Assembly (NCBI GenBank): GCA_001179505.1 | Contig: CDMY01000265.1 | Location: 78,455-142,454 of the forward strand | Direction: 5' to 3' | Length of the DNA: 64,000 nucleotides | Origin: Vitrella brassicaformis CCMP3155 | Taxonomy: Eukaryota > Protista > Chromerida | Made by a program: the position numbers and the translations under genes | Notes under the pieces: model-generated | Database searches by the model: none | What the model saw: only the letters and a program-made list of their open reading frames with translations | Told to the model about the DNA's origin: nothing | Shown: piece by piece, positions 1 through 12,380 of the stretch | How the letters are laid out: every line of letters starts with the position of its first letter | How positions within the stretch are numbered: the stretch's first letter is position 1

Positions 1-76
1 CCCAAACATCAGAGAGGTTCGTGGTAAGATGAGGGAATGAAGGCACAGTGCATTCATTCACGCGGCGCGTGTTTTC

Positions 77-577
77 CTACTTGCATGCTCGCTCGGAGGA
101 GCCTTGATTGGGTGTCGAGGGACTGATGTGGCAGGCTCCAGGCTTCTCGTCGTTGCAGACGGTCTTTAGCCACTGGGGCGCATTGCAATCGCCCAAGGTG
201 AGCCCCGCGTCGATGAAACCTGTAGACTCATAAAGAGAAAGAAACTTGGGAGCTGCATTTGCGCACCGGGCTGACCATGATGGTTGAGGGATTGATTTGC
301 CAGCACAGCTCCTTCCACAGACGCGAAGAGGCCTCGGGTTGCTTGGAATAAGAGAAGAACCGCCCACAACCCGGAAGGCTTCATTATGAAATTGAGCGTT
401 GCAGACTGGAGACGGGTTGTGGGGGCCGTTGCGCATGCGGCCAGAACAGTCGGCCAGGCCAGAACAACCGCCAGAAATCACACGCTTGCAATTGCCACCC
501 GATTTGTCCACAATTAGATAGTAGGTATGGAATACACACGTGATCACTTGCTCTGAGCATCTACTTACAATTACCAC
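77..577 (-). CDS. Possible intronless Cys-rich hypothetical ORF (166 aa)
   Basis: Open frame in microsatellite-free sequence with about 11 Cys; no recognised motif and no independent support. Confidence 0.25.
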   Translation of the reverse strand: MVIVSRCSEQVITCVFHTYYLIVDKSGGNCKRVISGGCSGLADCSGRMRNGPHNPSPVCNAQFHNEAFRVVGGSSLIPSNPRPLRVCGRSCAGKSIPQPSWSARCANAAPKFLSLYESTGFIDAGLTLGDCNAPQWLKTVCNDEKPGACHISPSTPNQGSSERACK

Positions 578-758
578 ATAATATACTACGTACAGTCTGA
601 CAGACTGTCCTCACTCGCTGTCTGTCTATCTATCCAGGCTGCCTTACGTACGCACATGATGGATGCCCTACGATCGATCGATATCAACATACGTACACAT
701 AACATCACAAATAGGATGCATACGCATCATACGTATCACATATGCATCGCATCACACG

Positions 759-3292
759 TCACCAGTCGGGCGGCTGGCCCAAGCAATTCAAGATTGGTAG
801 CGGTCCTTCGCTCGAGTTGCGGCCACCCACCGCCTCGTCGCCTCCTGACGGCACCTTGCTGCTGCCCGCGTCGATGTCGCTCTCTCCCTCAGTGACAATG
901 ATGTTGATGGTTTCGTCGAAATACTGAGGCACGTGTGTGTCGCTCGCCTTGGGGCACTGTGCGTCATCAAATCGACCGACGCGACGGCTGCCAGACACCT
1001 GTCCGTACAAGCAGCAGCAGAGGCAAGGCATATGAACTTCTCTTCCCTCTCTCTGATGCGATGGCCCGACTCGCTTGCTTATTGCTTACATGGAATGATT
1101 TCTCTGACGAGTCCAGCTGGCTGTCCGCCAAATCGCCGTAGTTCGCGAGGCAGAAGAAGGTGGCGGATATGTCTCGCGGCGGCAGCTCACTGGAGAACAA
1201 CTTGACATTGGCCAGCTCGAGGGCGGAAAGATCGCTATGGCGCCGGCCCAGGTGGAGCTTGGCATCACGCGGAAGCGACCCGCCGGCCTGAAGAGAAACA
1301 CAAACAGCCGGCCTTTCAGAGGCACGTGTGGCACCAAGACGACCATACCATGAAGTTTATTTCTTGCACTTGTTCCGCATCCCGGTATGCCACCAGCCGC
1401 CCGTCGATCGCCCGCCACGACAATGCGAGATGCACCCACCCACTGTGCCGCCCGCCCCCCTCATCCGAGGAGCCAAAGGGCGAGAGGAAATCGTTCGCTG
1501 GACAGCATGAGTCTTCCCTCTCTCGGGATGTCTTGGCCTCCCAGAAGCGGGCGAACTGGACGTCATTGCCGTCAAGCGTCACCATGAGGTGAGGTCCCGT
1601 GGCCGCAATGCCGATCGACACCAGTGCCGGCTCGTCTGCCCGTGTGTAGCTGAGGTACTCGAGTCGATCGGGTGTGGGGTCGTGGCGTACCCACAAGGCG
1701 ATTGTCATCTCGTGGAGGCGGGAGAAGGACGGATTGACTGCGGAGAGGGGGAGGGGACAGCTTCTGGGGGAGAAGGGATGGCTGAACGAGGGTGGTGGGG
1801 GTGGGGCATTGTTGTCTGTCATGGGATAGTACATGGGATCTCTCACGGGCGTGCTGCCCTCCTGAGCCCACGCATCTCGCTCTCCCAGCGGCCCAAAGGA
1901 GAACCTCACGCCTATCACGCCAGAGATACATGAACACACTGCGCTGCCGCCTGTCTGTCATTACCATCGTTTGGTCGGTAGACTCGGAAGTAGTCGACTT
2001 TCAGGGTGCCGGGCAGGTTGCTCTCGCTCATGCAGTGAGTGATGTGCTCGGTGATGATGGCAGAGAGCCAGTAGTGCATCGGCATCAACTCCTGAATCTT
2101 CAGAGCAGACCAGTCCCCAGTGCCGACGACCTCGCCGTCCAAGAACACTCTCGATTGGATGGGGGTGTGCTCCAGCCCCCAGACGTGCCAGTCGTCCGTC
2201 AATCGCCAGCCTGGATGCAGCCGCCGTCCGGCCACGTACATGCGTGGGGGTGGCCACCACTTGATGTGGTTGTACTGGTAGCTGTTAACGCCGCTGTTGA
2301 TCTCGAAGACGTCGATTTCCTGTCGTGGATGGTCGGTGTTGTTGCACACTGCACACTTGGTCTTGTCGATGGAGTTGGCAGTGGCCGCCCAGAAAGACTG
2401 CCAGTCGAGAGACAAGTCATCGCAGGCAGACACACATAAATGAATGGCACGTTGGTCAGTTCCTGCGTGTGTGTGGTCAGGATGTTCACACGGTGATGCC
2501 GACCCGACGGCAATGTTTGCCCACTGGGTGTGCACACACTCACTTGCCAGAAGCCCGGATACGCCCACGACTTGATCCGCGCCTCGAAATAGCCGAAAGG
2601 AAGAGGCTCACGGGTGATCAAGCCGCCCTGAGTGCCGGAAACCAACACACGCACACTGTTGCACCTGCCCAGGACCAATTGGTCTCGTTGGTCCGCTCAC
2701 CCCTGCGTATCGGACGAGCTTGTCCTTCATGTACCGTGGGTACTGCAGCCTGTCCATGTGCACCTGAAGCGCACCATCCCTGACCTCAACCTGACGACAC
2801 AAACACCACGCAAAGGGAACAAATGCCTTGTGTATCCGCAACCGGCGTCCCTCGGAAGCCGACTGACTTGTGAGGCCATCTGGCAGCTGGGCGCGAAGTC
2901 AGGAGAACACTCGTCGCGATACATCCATCTGCAGTAAAGATTGCTCTTTCATCTGTGCCTGTACGTATGTCTGTCTGTCTGTCTGTCTGTCTGTGTCTGT
3001 GTGTGTGCGTGTTTTGGTGCTTGGCTTGACGTGGTCTCGTTGACTCGGGACGAGTCAAACTCGTCCGACCAAGAGAGGTTCTCATATCCCGCCGGCACAT
3101 ATGGAGAGTGACCCACGGGCTCAGCAGCCACGCCACCCCGGAACACACCTGCAGACAGACAGACAAACAAACACCCATCCCAAGCCTTTCCTGCTTCAGT
3201 GTCCTCCCACCTGACACGACGGCCACGAACACGGCAAGGCAGCCCATCCGCCAGGCACTGCAGCACGACCGCCTCTTCCGCTTACGACGCAT
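759..3292 (-). CDS. Multi-exon glycoside hydrolase family 16 protein with C-terminal LamG/pentraxin-like domain
   Basis: Spliced segments LSWSDEFD, GGLITREPLPFGYFEARIK, SFW, catalytic EIDVFE (2302-2319), WHVWGLEHTP, LKVDYFRVY; then LamG-like MTIALWVR...WVHLALSWRAIDGRLVAYRD. Hydrophobic leader MGCLAVFVAVVSGG (alternative ATG 3247). Confidence 0.88.
2960..3012. repeat. Intronic (TGTC)n/(TG)n microsatellite, representative of many in this window
   Basis: tgtctgtctgtctgtctgtctgtctgtgtctgtgtgtgtg; similar tracts at about 20398-20420, 32101-32160, 37620-37660 and 41697-41722, nearly always in introns or UTRs. Confidence 0.9.
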
Positions 3293-3495
3293 TCGAGAAC
3301 ATTCGCTGTACCACCACACCAAACCGCGCGAAATCCGAAGACGTTGGAGAAACGGCGGGCCAAGTTTCACGCGATATACGCTCTAACCGCACCTTGGGAC
3401 GGCTCCTTTCTGCTCCTCTTGACTCATTCATGCACTGGACGTGACGCTCCTGATACTTCTGTTGCCTGTTTTGATGTCGTAATTGTCGCCAGTAG

Positions 3496-5425
3496 ATGCG
3501 GTCGTGTGGCTATCAACCATTCCGCCGGCTGCAGCACTCCCCGGCCCACAGCATGACACTCTGCAGCGGTGCCCCGCCCACTCTTCTGCAGCTCAAGAAC
3601 GGGCTCATCAGTCCTCATCGCAAAAGTCACAGCCACCAGAACGGCTTTGCAGCCAACGGCTTGGGTGTCTGCAACGAGCAGCAAAAGCGATATGTGCAGC
3701 GGAGTGGGGTCGGCAAGGGGAGGGGGAGGCCCACGAGTGGACAGCCTCACTATGGGGACAGTGCGAGAGCCGAGTTCCCAGAGGCCGACTCTGTGCATGT
3801 GATCTACGACAGCGAGAGTGTGCTGGTCGTCTCCAAGGTGAGAGAAGACAAGCAGGAGGGAGGGAGGCAGGGAGAGAGGGAGGCAGGCACACCGACCGAC
3901 ACATATCCATTCAGAGTTTGCTTGTCTGTGCTTATGTATGCAGCCGTGTGGCGTTCACCCGTCCCTCAATTTGGCCCCCTCCAGTCGGCGCTCCCCCGAC
4001 ACCAGCGACTCATCCCCCTCGCCCCTGCCCTCCACCGCCGACCCCAGCAGCCCCACAGAGCACGCCAGCTCGGACACATCCACGCGGGAGGAGAGCAGAA
4101 GGGCCTCGCCGCTCCGCCGCTCGAGAGCCAAGGTCCCCTCATCGATGCTGCCCTGCGTGGGGCAGCTGCTGTGCCGATGGCACGGCAAGCTGGGGCTCGA
4201 TGGCGAAGTCAAGGGTGGGGACCGGCTGCTGAATGTGGGCGAGCCGCTGGAGAGCGGGGTGTCGGGCATTTACGTTATAGCCAAGGGGAGGAGGTGAGAA
4301 AGAGGCGATGGGTGGGCGATTGGGCGATTTGCGTGATGCCAATATGGTGCTGTCTGTGGCTGTTTGCGCTCGTCAGGTCACAGATGGAGGTCGAGTACTT
4401 CTGGGCAACCCGTAGAATCAGTCGGGTGAGCTGGGCGTCTCGTGTCTTGTGCATCCATGGTCCGTGCAAGTGTAACACATGTGCCCGGTTGATTCAGATC
4501 TATCTGGCTCTGCTACATGGACATGCGCCTCTGACGTTTGTGCATTGCCGCACGCCCATCTGCAAGCCCACAGAGGGATGCGAGGAGGGGAGGGTCGCCA
4601 ACACGCAGATTGAGGGAAAGGTGAGTGACAATGGCCTCGCTGTGTGTGTGAACGTGTACGTCTGTGATGCCTTCCTTATTCACTGTGCGTGCAGTTGGCG
4701 TCGAGCCTGATCCTTCCCTTGATCCACGGCGAGTATCTGGGCAGCCCCGTCACTCTCGCGGAGCTGAGGCCAATCACTGGTACCCAAACGAACAAAAGAA
4801 GGAAACTTCTCTGTGGATGAGTGCGTGTTGTTTGTGTTATCCTCTCTGTCAGACCGTCGGCATCAGCTGCGGCTCCACACGATGGTCATCGGACACCCAA
4901 TCGGTGAGACGAAACACCCACAGCAGCATGTCCGCTGGTTGCTCTTCCCACTTGTGTGTGGTCCGGTGTTCAGTTGGCGATCGTCTGTATCTGAAGGACA
5001 GGCGTATCGAAGGTAGGTACAGCAATCCCCCTGGCTGCCCACGGCTGATGCTCCACTCGTGGCGGCTGCGTCTCCACCTGCCGCCCTCCCCGTCCCCCTC
5101 CCTCTCACACACCGACCTCCTGTCGGATCACCCCATCGACCTCATCTCACCTGACCCCCTCTCGCCCTTCATCGGCATGCCCATCCGCCAGTCGGCCGAC
5201 TGCCAGTTGCTTGCATACCATGACCCGGATGGGTGGTTCCCATTCTATGAGCAGCCTGAGGGTCTGCTGATGGACGGCGACACGGGGGAACGGGGCGGGG
5301 AGGTCGGTGAGGGCGGGTGGTGGAGGCGGTACGTGCCGCGACAGGAGGGGGTGCACGAAAGGGATCTAAGGTATTCCGATCATCACACTATGTTCGATCA
5401 TATCGAGAAGAGATCATACAGATAG
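3496..5425 (+). CDS. RluA-family pseudouridine synthase-like protein (catalytic motif degenerate)
   Basis: Motifs in the expected order across exons: VIYDSESVLVVSK, EPLESGVSGIYVIAK (HRLDxxTSG position), YLALLHG, TDRRHQLRLHTMVIGHPIVGDRLY, RLMLHSWRL. Confidence 0.85.
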
Positions 5426-5896
5426 ATCGGATAGGCTTTTTTTTCGCACGTCCTTCGCTCCACATACACTTGCAATGGATGTAGCTCTACGGGGGGCGAC
5501 ACACTCTTGCATGGCATGTCTGTTGGATGTGCTGCATGGCGTAGAAGAGCAAGGTTTGTCCTTGCCAGCGGCAAATGGACAGTCATGTACGTGTGAGCAT
5601 CGGGTTGTCACTTTTTGCCATTCCGCGGCATGGATGTTTTACAGCCTTACATGTGTGTGTGCGTGTGTGTGCATTGACACACACATCCTAGCGCTCATGG
5701 AGAGACCGGATGGCGGGAGGTAAGGGGTGTGTCAAAATGACAGGGCTCTGCTGCTCAAGTTTTGTGCATGCATGCAAAGCGATCGATCGCCCCCGGTGAG
5801 AAGCAAAGCGGCTCCTCCGTGCATTTTGGCCATTGTTGCAACACTCAACAGCACCTTCCTTGCTCCACAACTCCACCCGACTCTGTCTGCTGTGTA

Positions 5897-6233
5897 ATGA
5901 GCATGGCGTCGAGGCCCGAGGAAGGGTTCTCTCGCCGTCTCCGGGCATCCATTCGCATGGGAAGCGGCCGCATTGTGTCGAACATCCGTGCTGACGAGGG
6001 TGCTGTGCGCGTGCCGCCTGCTGTGGTCGCTGCGGATCCCGTGGCCGCAGTGCAGCGGACTCCCGACACCAACACTGAGAGGTCGCGGCGCGAAAGAAAT
6101 TCTGCATGGCATGAGCTCGAGCGTCACAGCCTTTCTCATTTGTCTCTGCAGGGCTTCGCAAGGGGACAGGACCGCGCGTCAGCAGGTAGACAACCAGCCG
6201 GAAGAGGAGCCGAAGACGAAGAAAGAGGAATAG
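5897..6233 (+). CDS. Small hypothetical protein, probably two exons
   Basis: MSMASRPEEGFSRR... segment and a charged terminal segment ...QVDNQPEEEPKTKKEE* after a ctgcag acceptor. Confidence 0.35.
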
Positions 6234-6889
6234 ACGCGATGATGAGTACAACAGGTCAGCACAACCGGCAGACAATTCTATGCGTGCCTATCTTGTGTCT
6301 GTATATGGGATGTGATACGCAGGGAGTGACTGACTGGCGTGTTTTGTAGTGAGTGAGTGGCACCCTTCGTGCATGGTGAGTGCTGGCGGCTGACGGTCCG
6401 GCGTTTATCTTTTGAGATAGACGAGTACAGGAGACGAATGTCGGAGAGAGAGAGAGATACGAGACAGAGAGGGTGACAGGCTGAGGGCACCAGAGACCAA
6501 ACCATGAATGCATGCCATGCCGGTCGTTTCGTGTCGCACATTATACATAATTGAGTGACAGCAAAGAAAAGGAAAGAGAAGAAAAGAGCGAGACACTAAT
6601 GGGTCAGAACAGAAGCTCACGAAATTCAATCAACAGGTGAAACCGGCCAAGGAAATAAAAGCGTAGGCAACCATAGAGACACACAAGGATCGTATTCAGT
6701 AAGTACATCTCCTGTTCCCTTGCTGAATAGCCAGAGTATCATCATCACCATTTCTACGGCAGCTCAGAAGCACTCATATTCCCTGATGATGTCAGAAACA
6801 AGGAGAGAAGACAGACAAATTGCCCTGCATGTCTCGAACCATTTGTCCAGCACCCTCGGGCGTGTTTCAGGCTCTCGGTGGCCGTCTCA

Positions 6890-7649
6890 TTAGTGTGTTC
6901 TCCTTGGGTCCTCCCCCATGCTCCTCCTACCTGCGTCTCGGTTTGCTCCGCGGACGTATGGGAGACAATCACATACCATTACCGGAAACAAAGCAGGAAT
7001 GCATCTACAGCGACACCCATACCAAGCAGAGCTGCCGTCTTTCAGCGACCTCTCGGTGCAAGCGACTGCATGTGGGGTTGGCCGAATGGACTCTTGCGCG
7101 GCTACATCCGGTCCGGGAGGTCCGCCTCTCGCTGATCGTAATGAGCAGGCCCCGCAGTCATCCCGTCGCCGGCAGCAGGTACAGAACTGGCAGTGCCGTG
7201 AAGAACTGGACAGCACCTTCCCTTGACGAACCCACACGCCCAGAAGCCAAAGATGTTGGACGTACGCAACCTCCGATGCGGAAAGAGGCCCTCAGACGAG
7301 GCCGGTGCCTGTCCTTCTCCTCGGCACCGGTCCATTTGTAGCTGTGTGTGTGACAGTCGACATGATGTACCTGACACACCAGAGAAGAAGAGGACCGTCA
7401 CGGGTCACTGCTGCAGCAAAAGGAAACGCGCAGGCAGCCCCCTGATGATTGCAAATGAGGAGTGATTACCTCCGTGCTCAATGCACTGAGGACGTGAGGC
7501 TTTCCCTGCGAATTGGCGGGAGAAGGAAAGTATTCCCGTCTCGGCGGTTCACTGGGGGCGGCCCCCAGTCCGTGCGTCTTTTGTTTGGCAGCCTGAGCAC
7601 TCCGCAGTTGCTTGAGTAGTGATCCTCCAATGAGATCATCCTCCCCCAT
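6890..7649 (-). CDS. Possible hypothetical gene divergent from GH97-1
   Basis: Protein-like first exon MGEDDLIGGSLLKQLRSAQAAKQK...STE ending at a GAG|GTAATC donor; downstream exon frame unresolved. Confidence 0.3.
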
Positions 7650-9871
7650 TCAGCTCCTTGTCATCTTCCTTCCTGTTGCCAGCCTTCTCATGGCATCATC
7701 GTCCGATGCCTCCCCCCAAACGCCCACCGCCTTGTCGGTCATGCACTCCCCTCCAGCCCCAGGATGGCCGTCCTATACTGTCACACTGTCAGTGGATCAA
7801 TCGGGGCGACTATGTTATGCTGCGGATGTGCTTCGGCCTTCTCTTTCCCTTATGTTGCCCTCTGCTCTCGGCATCTCGGTGGACGGCACTGATCTGGGGA
7901 TTGATGTGGAGCTGGTCAGCAAGGAGGAGCAGCAAGTGAGGAAGACCTATGCGACTCGCGGCAAGCACGACGTGGCTGAGGCCCACTACAGCCATGTCTC
8001 ATTCACCCTCCGCCATCGCCCAACCACGCGTGTGTGGCACCTCCACTTCCGCCTCTTCCCTGATGGCCTCTCATTCCGCTACTCTTTGCCCGCAATCAAC
8101 GCGACATACGAGCCCCGCCATGTGATTCAGGAGACTTCACAATTTTCCTTCCCCTTCACGGCCGACGATGCGGCGTGGTTTTTCGAACGCGACAAACTCA
8201 GCCATTATGAGTTGCTCTCGTACGCCGGCGTGTTTCGGACGGCTCCGGCCAGCTCTCTCTCGTCTCGCCCGAGGAGTAGAGGGCCTTTGTACGGCGCACC
8301 ACTCATCTTCCATGATGTCTCGGCGGGTGCCGGCCCTTTCCCCTATCGGCTGCTGACCGAAGCTGCCCTGTATGAGTACCCGGGGATGCGCTACATAGCC
8401 CTCCCCGACAACAACACATTTCGTGCCGATCTGGCCGACGAGACTGTCGCTCTTTCCCTCCCACTCCCCACCCCATGGCGCGTCATCCTCCTCGCCCGCA
8501 CACTCGACGAGCTGATCAACAGTGACGTCATCACGTCGCTGAACCCCGCACCCGACCCTGACCTCTTCCCTTCTTACCTGTCCTACGCCAAGCCAGGCCG
8601 CTCCGTGTGGCGATGGTGGCGCTATGACACGGGCACGCCAGAGGAGGAGAAACAGTACATTGACGGTGCGGCTGGCCTGGGATTCGAATACACGACGATC
8701 GACGACGGCTGGGCGGACTGGCCCGACAAGTGGGCCACGATGAAGGCGGTCTGCGACTATGGACGCGAGAAGGGGGTCGGGGTCATGCTGTGGGAGGACT
8801 GTGCCAAGGTCGAGGATACAGCGGATGACTACGCCGACCTCAGACTGTTTCTCGACAATGTCAAGGCGACAGGAGCCGTCGGTGTCAAGTTCGACTTTTT
8901 CAACAAGTAAGGCAAATTGCACATAGTCGTGGCCTCCTCACCCAGAAACACCTTTTTTGTCTTGCAGTGAGACAGTCTCCCGAGTTCGCTTGCAAACGAA
9001 GATGCTTGTTGAGTCGGCCAAGAGAGACCTGTTTATCAACTTCCATGGCATTCAAGTAGTGGAGCCACGAGACGACATTCCGAGCGATAAGCACTCCATG
9101 CCTCTGGCTTGTCTGTATCCATCAGAAACCGACTGGTGAGACACGGAGGTTCCCCAATGAGTTGACAAGAGAGGCGGTGTGGGGCATGGAGATCAACAAG
9201 ATGTCAGATGACTATCCACCGATCGAGTCCTCCCACAACGCCGCACTGCCATTCACGAGGTTTGTGTTGGGTGCGGCCGACTACACGCCACTCGCACTGG
9301 CCAAGGAGTGGCGAGGGCCGACCACTGTGGTGAGAGCGCCCATACCAACGAGACACGGACGACTGAGAGGAGACACGATGTGTGCTGCTGTCTTCAGGTA
9401 CATCAGATTGCCTTGCTGGTGTTGTTCGACTCGCCCCTCACGACCATTGCAGAAGATCCATCCTTCATTCTCGACCCCACGCAGCCGCACGCGGCCGCCC
9501 TGGACGTCATCAAGGCCATCCCCACCATATGGCAACATACACGAGTCCTGCCGCCGAGCAAGATAGGCGAGCTGGCCGTCATGGCACGCAAAGCCCACAG
9601 GGGAGACATGTGGTTCCTGGCGGCCATCAACGGCAAGAGCGAGACACAGACAATTGATGAGATTCCGGTTCATTTCCTGGACAGTGAGAGGGCGTATGAG
9701 ATGGTCATGATCTACACAACTGAGACAGAGGGAGGGGAGGGGGGGCAAGTGAAGAGGGAAGAGGGCAGGTGGGACCCCGGCCAGCAGAGAGCATTGAAGA
9801 ATGTGCGGCTGCTGGGGGGTGATGGGCTTGTTGTCATGTGGAGGCCTCTTGGTGGTGACCAGCTCACATGA
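7630..9871 (+). CDS. Glycoside hydrolase family 97 (SusB-like alpha-glycosidase), copy 1, with signal peptide
   Basis: GH97 motifs DGLSFRY, TPWRVI, KPGRSVWRWW, YIDGAAGLGFEYTTIDDGW, GVKFDF, FHGIQ|KPTGETRRFPNELTREAVWGME, LPFTRFVLGAADYTP, HQIALLVLFDSP. Introns 8907-8967, 9056-9125, 9330-9397. Confidence 0.93.
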
Positions 9872-11365
9872 GGTGTGCTTTAGTGGAGTGGCATGCATCG
9901 AGGCAGCGAGGATGCATGCCATGCAACCATAAGGCGAGGTCCGTCCGTACGTACGTACCCACTGTCGGTTGGTCAGGTCTCTAGAGCACATTGTACAACA
10001 GTATTTGCTCAATTTTCTGTACTGTCTGTCCCTCCGCCCACACATCACATACTGCACTCTTCGCTCTACATACACGACGCCGCTGGCTGGCTGTTCTTCC
10101 TTCACACAGCTTGACGAATGGCGGTTTCAAGCTGCGGCGGCTGTCTTTTTTCTTACTGGATAATCAATTCCTAATAAGACGGGAGTTTTCTTACAGTGTC
10201 TGTGCATCTGTCCTGGTGCTATTTTGTAAGTATCCATCCAACTCGCTAGGAATGTCGGTCTTAATGCTCATGCTTCAAATGCCGCGACCGAGCCATTTTT
10301 TCCCGGGGAGGAAGAGCCATTTGGCTTCTTTTGCTGTGAGTACCGTCAGTTTTTTGATGAATGAAGAAGGACGAGAGAGGGACTGGGTGCATGCTGGTTG
10401 GGGTTTTAGAATGGTGGTGGCTAACAATGAGTTGGCAGGGGGTGGGAGTTCAGCGACCAACAATGGCGTGCTTGTGTAAGTGTGTCCCGGTGCATTTGTG
10501 GATTGGCGGTGGACTCGGGCGATGCATGGTGAGGGTGTCGGTGAGAGTTCAAACGCTTTTAGTCTCTCTGTGTATCAATGTGGGAGAATAGAGATGATCC
10601 ATCAACCTCCATCAATCAGTCAGTCATTTTATGCACCATCCAGTCCACGGATGCACATAAAACCACGAGACACGGATGGATGCGTGAAGGCAGGCCTCGA
10701 GAGGGCCGCACGCACGCAGTCCTCACGCACAAGCAAAGGCATGGATACACACACCTCGCAAGAGAGAGCTCAAAGGGCCGACAGATGCATGTCTGCTGCG
10801 CTGCTGGCTGTGTACGTATGGTGTGGTGTGAATAGTCGCTTCACACTCATGTATGTACATTCCTGCCCTCCACTTAGCTGTTCAGTGACTGTCCTCTGAT
10901 GGATGGACCTATCTCGTGTCTCATTACGTTGTGCTGATGGTGCTTTGGTGGTGTGTGCGCGTGTGGGGATCTGCCGATCCGGCGTCGCCCCGCAGCCTGC
11001 ACAGACACCATCCACGCAGCGACTAACAGCTTCGTCGATGCAACTTCGCCGATTAGCTCGCGGGAAAACCGCTACCATCCTAAGTGTGTGTCAGGCGAGG
11101 GAGTCTGTGCTAGTGAGTGGGTGACAGGCTAGAGGGAATGGCCAGCTAGGGGTGGGCAGGCCGGCGGTGTTCTCAGCGGACGGTGCACATCACAACACAA
11201 ACGACGCTACCTAGAGGCAATCCAGCCAGGCAGGCAGGAGAAAGGGCGAGGAAGATAAGGGAAAAGACGAAGAGCGAGCAGGCAGACACCGACACCCCAT
11301 TCCCCTCCCTCCCTTTATCTCTTTCCGTCTTGAGTTCCCCTGTTGAGTTCCCCATTGTCTCCCCA

Positions 11366-12341
11366 TCAGATTCCGTTGTTGTATTTGGCGTTGGCGTGTT
11401 TGTTGTTGCACACCACGCTGGGGCCGCTGTTTTTGATTTTCTCCGCCTGCATCCACACGACACAGGAGAGTGATAGGTGGATGGATGGATAGATGCGTGC
11501 AGGAGGTGCACATATGAGTACCAGCACCGATGCCATCTTTTCAGCCACCGGAGCCCTTGCCATGGGCAACTCGTGCTCACGCAACGTCACACGCTGCAGT
11601 CGGGAGGTCTTGTTGCGGCTCACGCTCGCCGACGCACTGGCTGCAGCAGCCGACGATGAAGCACTCTTAGAGGCGTCGTGAGGCAGACCAACCTGCATGC
11701 ACAAAGAAAAGAGACGTCACATTTGTGTCCATTGGCTTGGGTATCGCTCGCTTCCGGATCCTCACCTTGCTGCCCGTGGTGTCGTTCTTTTTGTCCTGGT
11801 TCCCATTGCTGTCGTCCGGGGCCACCTGCCCACCACTGGCGGTCCACATGCGACGCACACTCGTCTCGTCCCGGACGGACCAGCCCACATGTGCATCGCT
11901 GCCGCTTGCACTGCTAGGCTCCTGCTGTGGGGCTGCTGCAGCACCCTGCTCTTGGTCCATGGCGCGGTTCCCCTGACCTCGAGCGGGACGTCGCCGGCAT
12001 GTGGGCTCTTTCTTGGTCTTGACGTACTCCTCTGTCATGGGCTGCGGCAGGGGCATCATATCGGGATTTTGAGCCCCCATCACGTAGGCGAACCGCATGA
12101 GGAAGAAAAATGCCTGGGGCCAGGCGTGGAAACTCTGCGGCATGATGACGGGAGGATAGTTGTCCTTGGTGACGGCGACAGAGACGAGATGAGACGATGT
12201 CGCAACGATGCGACTGTAACAGTTGAAAAGAGCGCTTGCAGTGCAAACTCGAAGCCGAATAAAGCTCTTGCGGACCTCTTCAGCGTTTTTCAGCGAGCTC
12301 AAAATGGGGGCCCTGGCCCCACTTCCGATCTCGGCATTCAA
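11366..12341 (-). CDS. Multi-exon hypothetical protein
   Basis: Long open exon 11720-12341 (MPQSFHAWPQAFFFLMRF...), then Ala/Ser-rich and terminal exons after cag acceptors; start uncertain. Confidence 0.55.
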
Positions 12342-12380
12342 CCCCTTCCCCGTCTTTATCTCCCCTGGGAATAGACCATC

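Noticed and set aside
7140-7195. CQFCTCCRRRDDCGAC resembling a CXXC zinc finger (minus strand)
   Set aside because: The next Cys and the KFGG-type region are missing, and I could not link this frame to a spliced gene.
8137-8922. Long antisense ORFs (also 13526-14546, 28553-29518, 31630-32223, 46635-47195)
   Set aside because: They are shadows of well-supported genes on the opposite strand in GC-rich coding DNA.
10130-10480. Microsatellite-free, AT-richer patch with minus-strand IPSELDGYLQ, reminiscent of a hAT dimerisation motif
   Set aside because: Several stops, no terminal inverted repeats or target duplication seen, and the match is too short.
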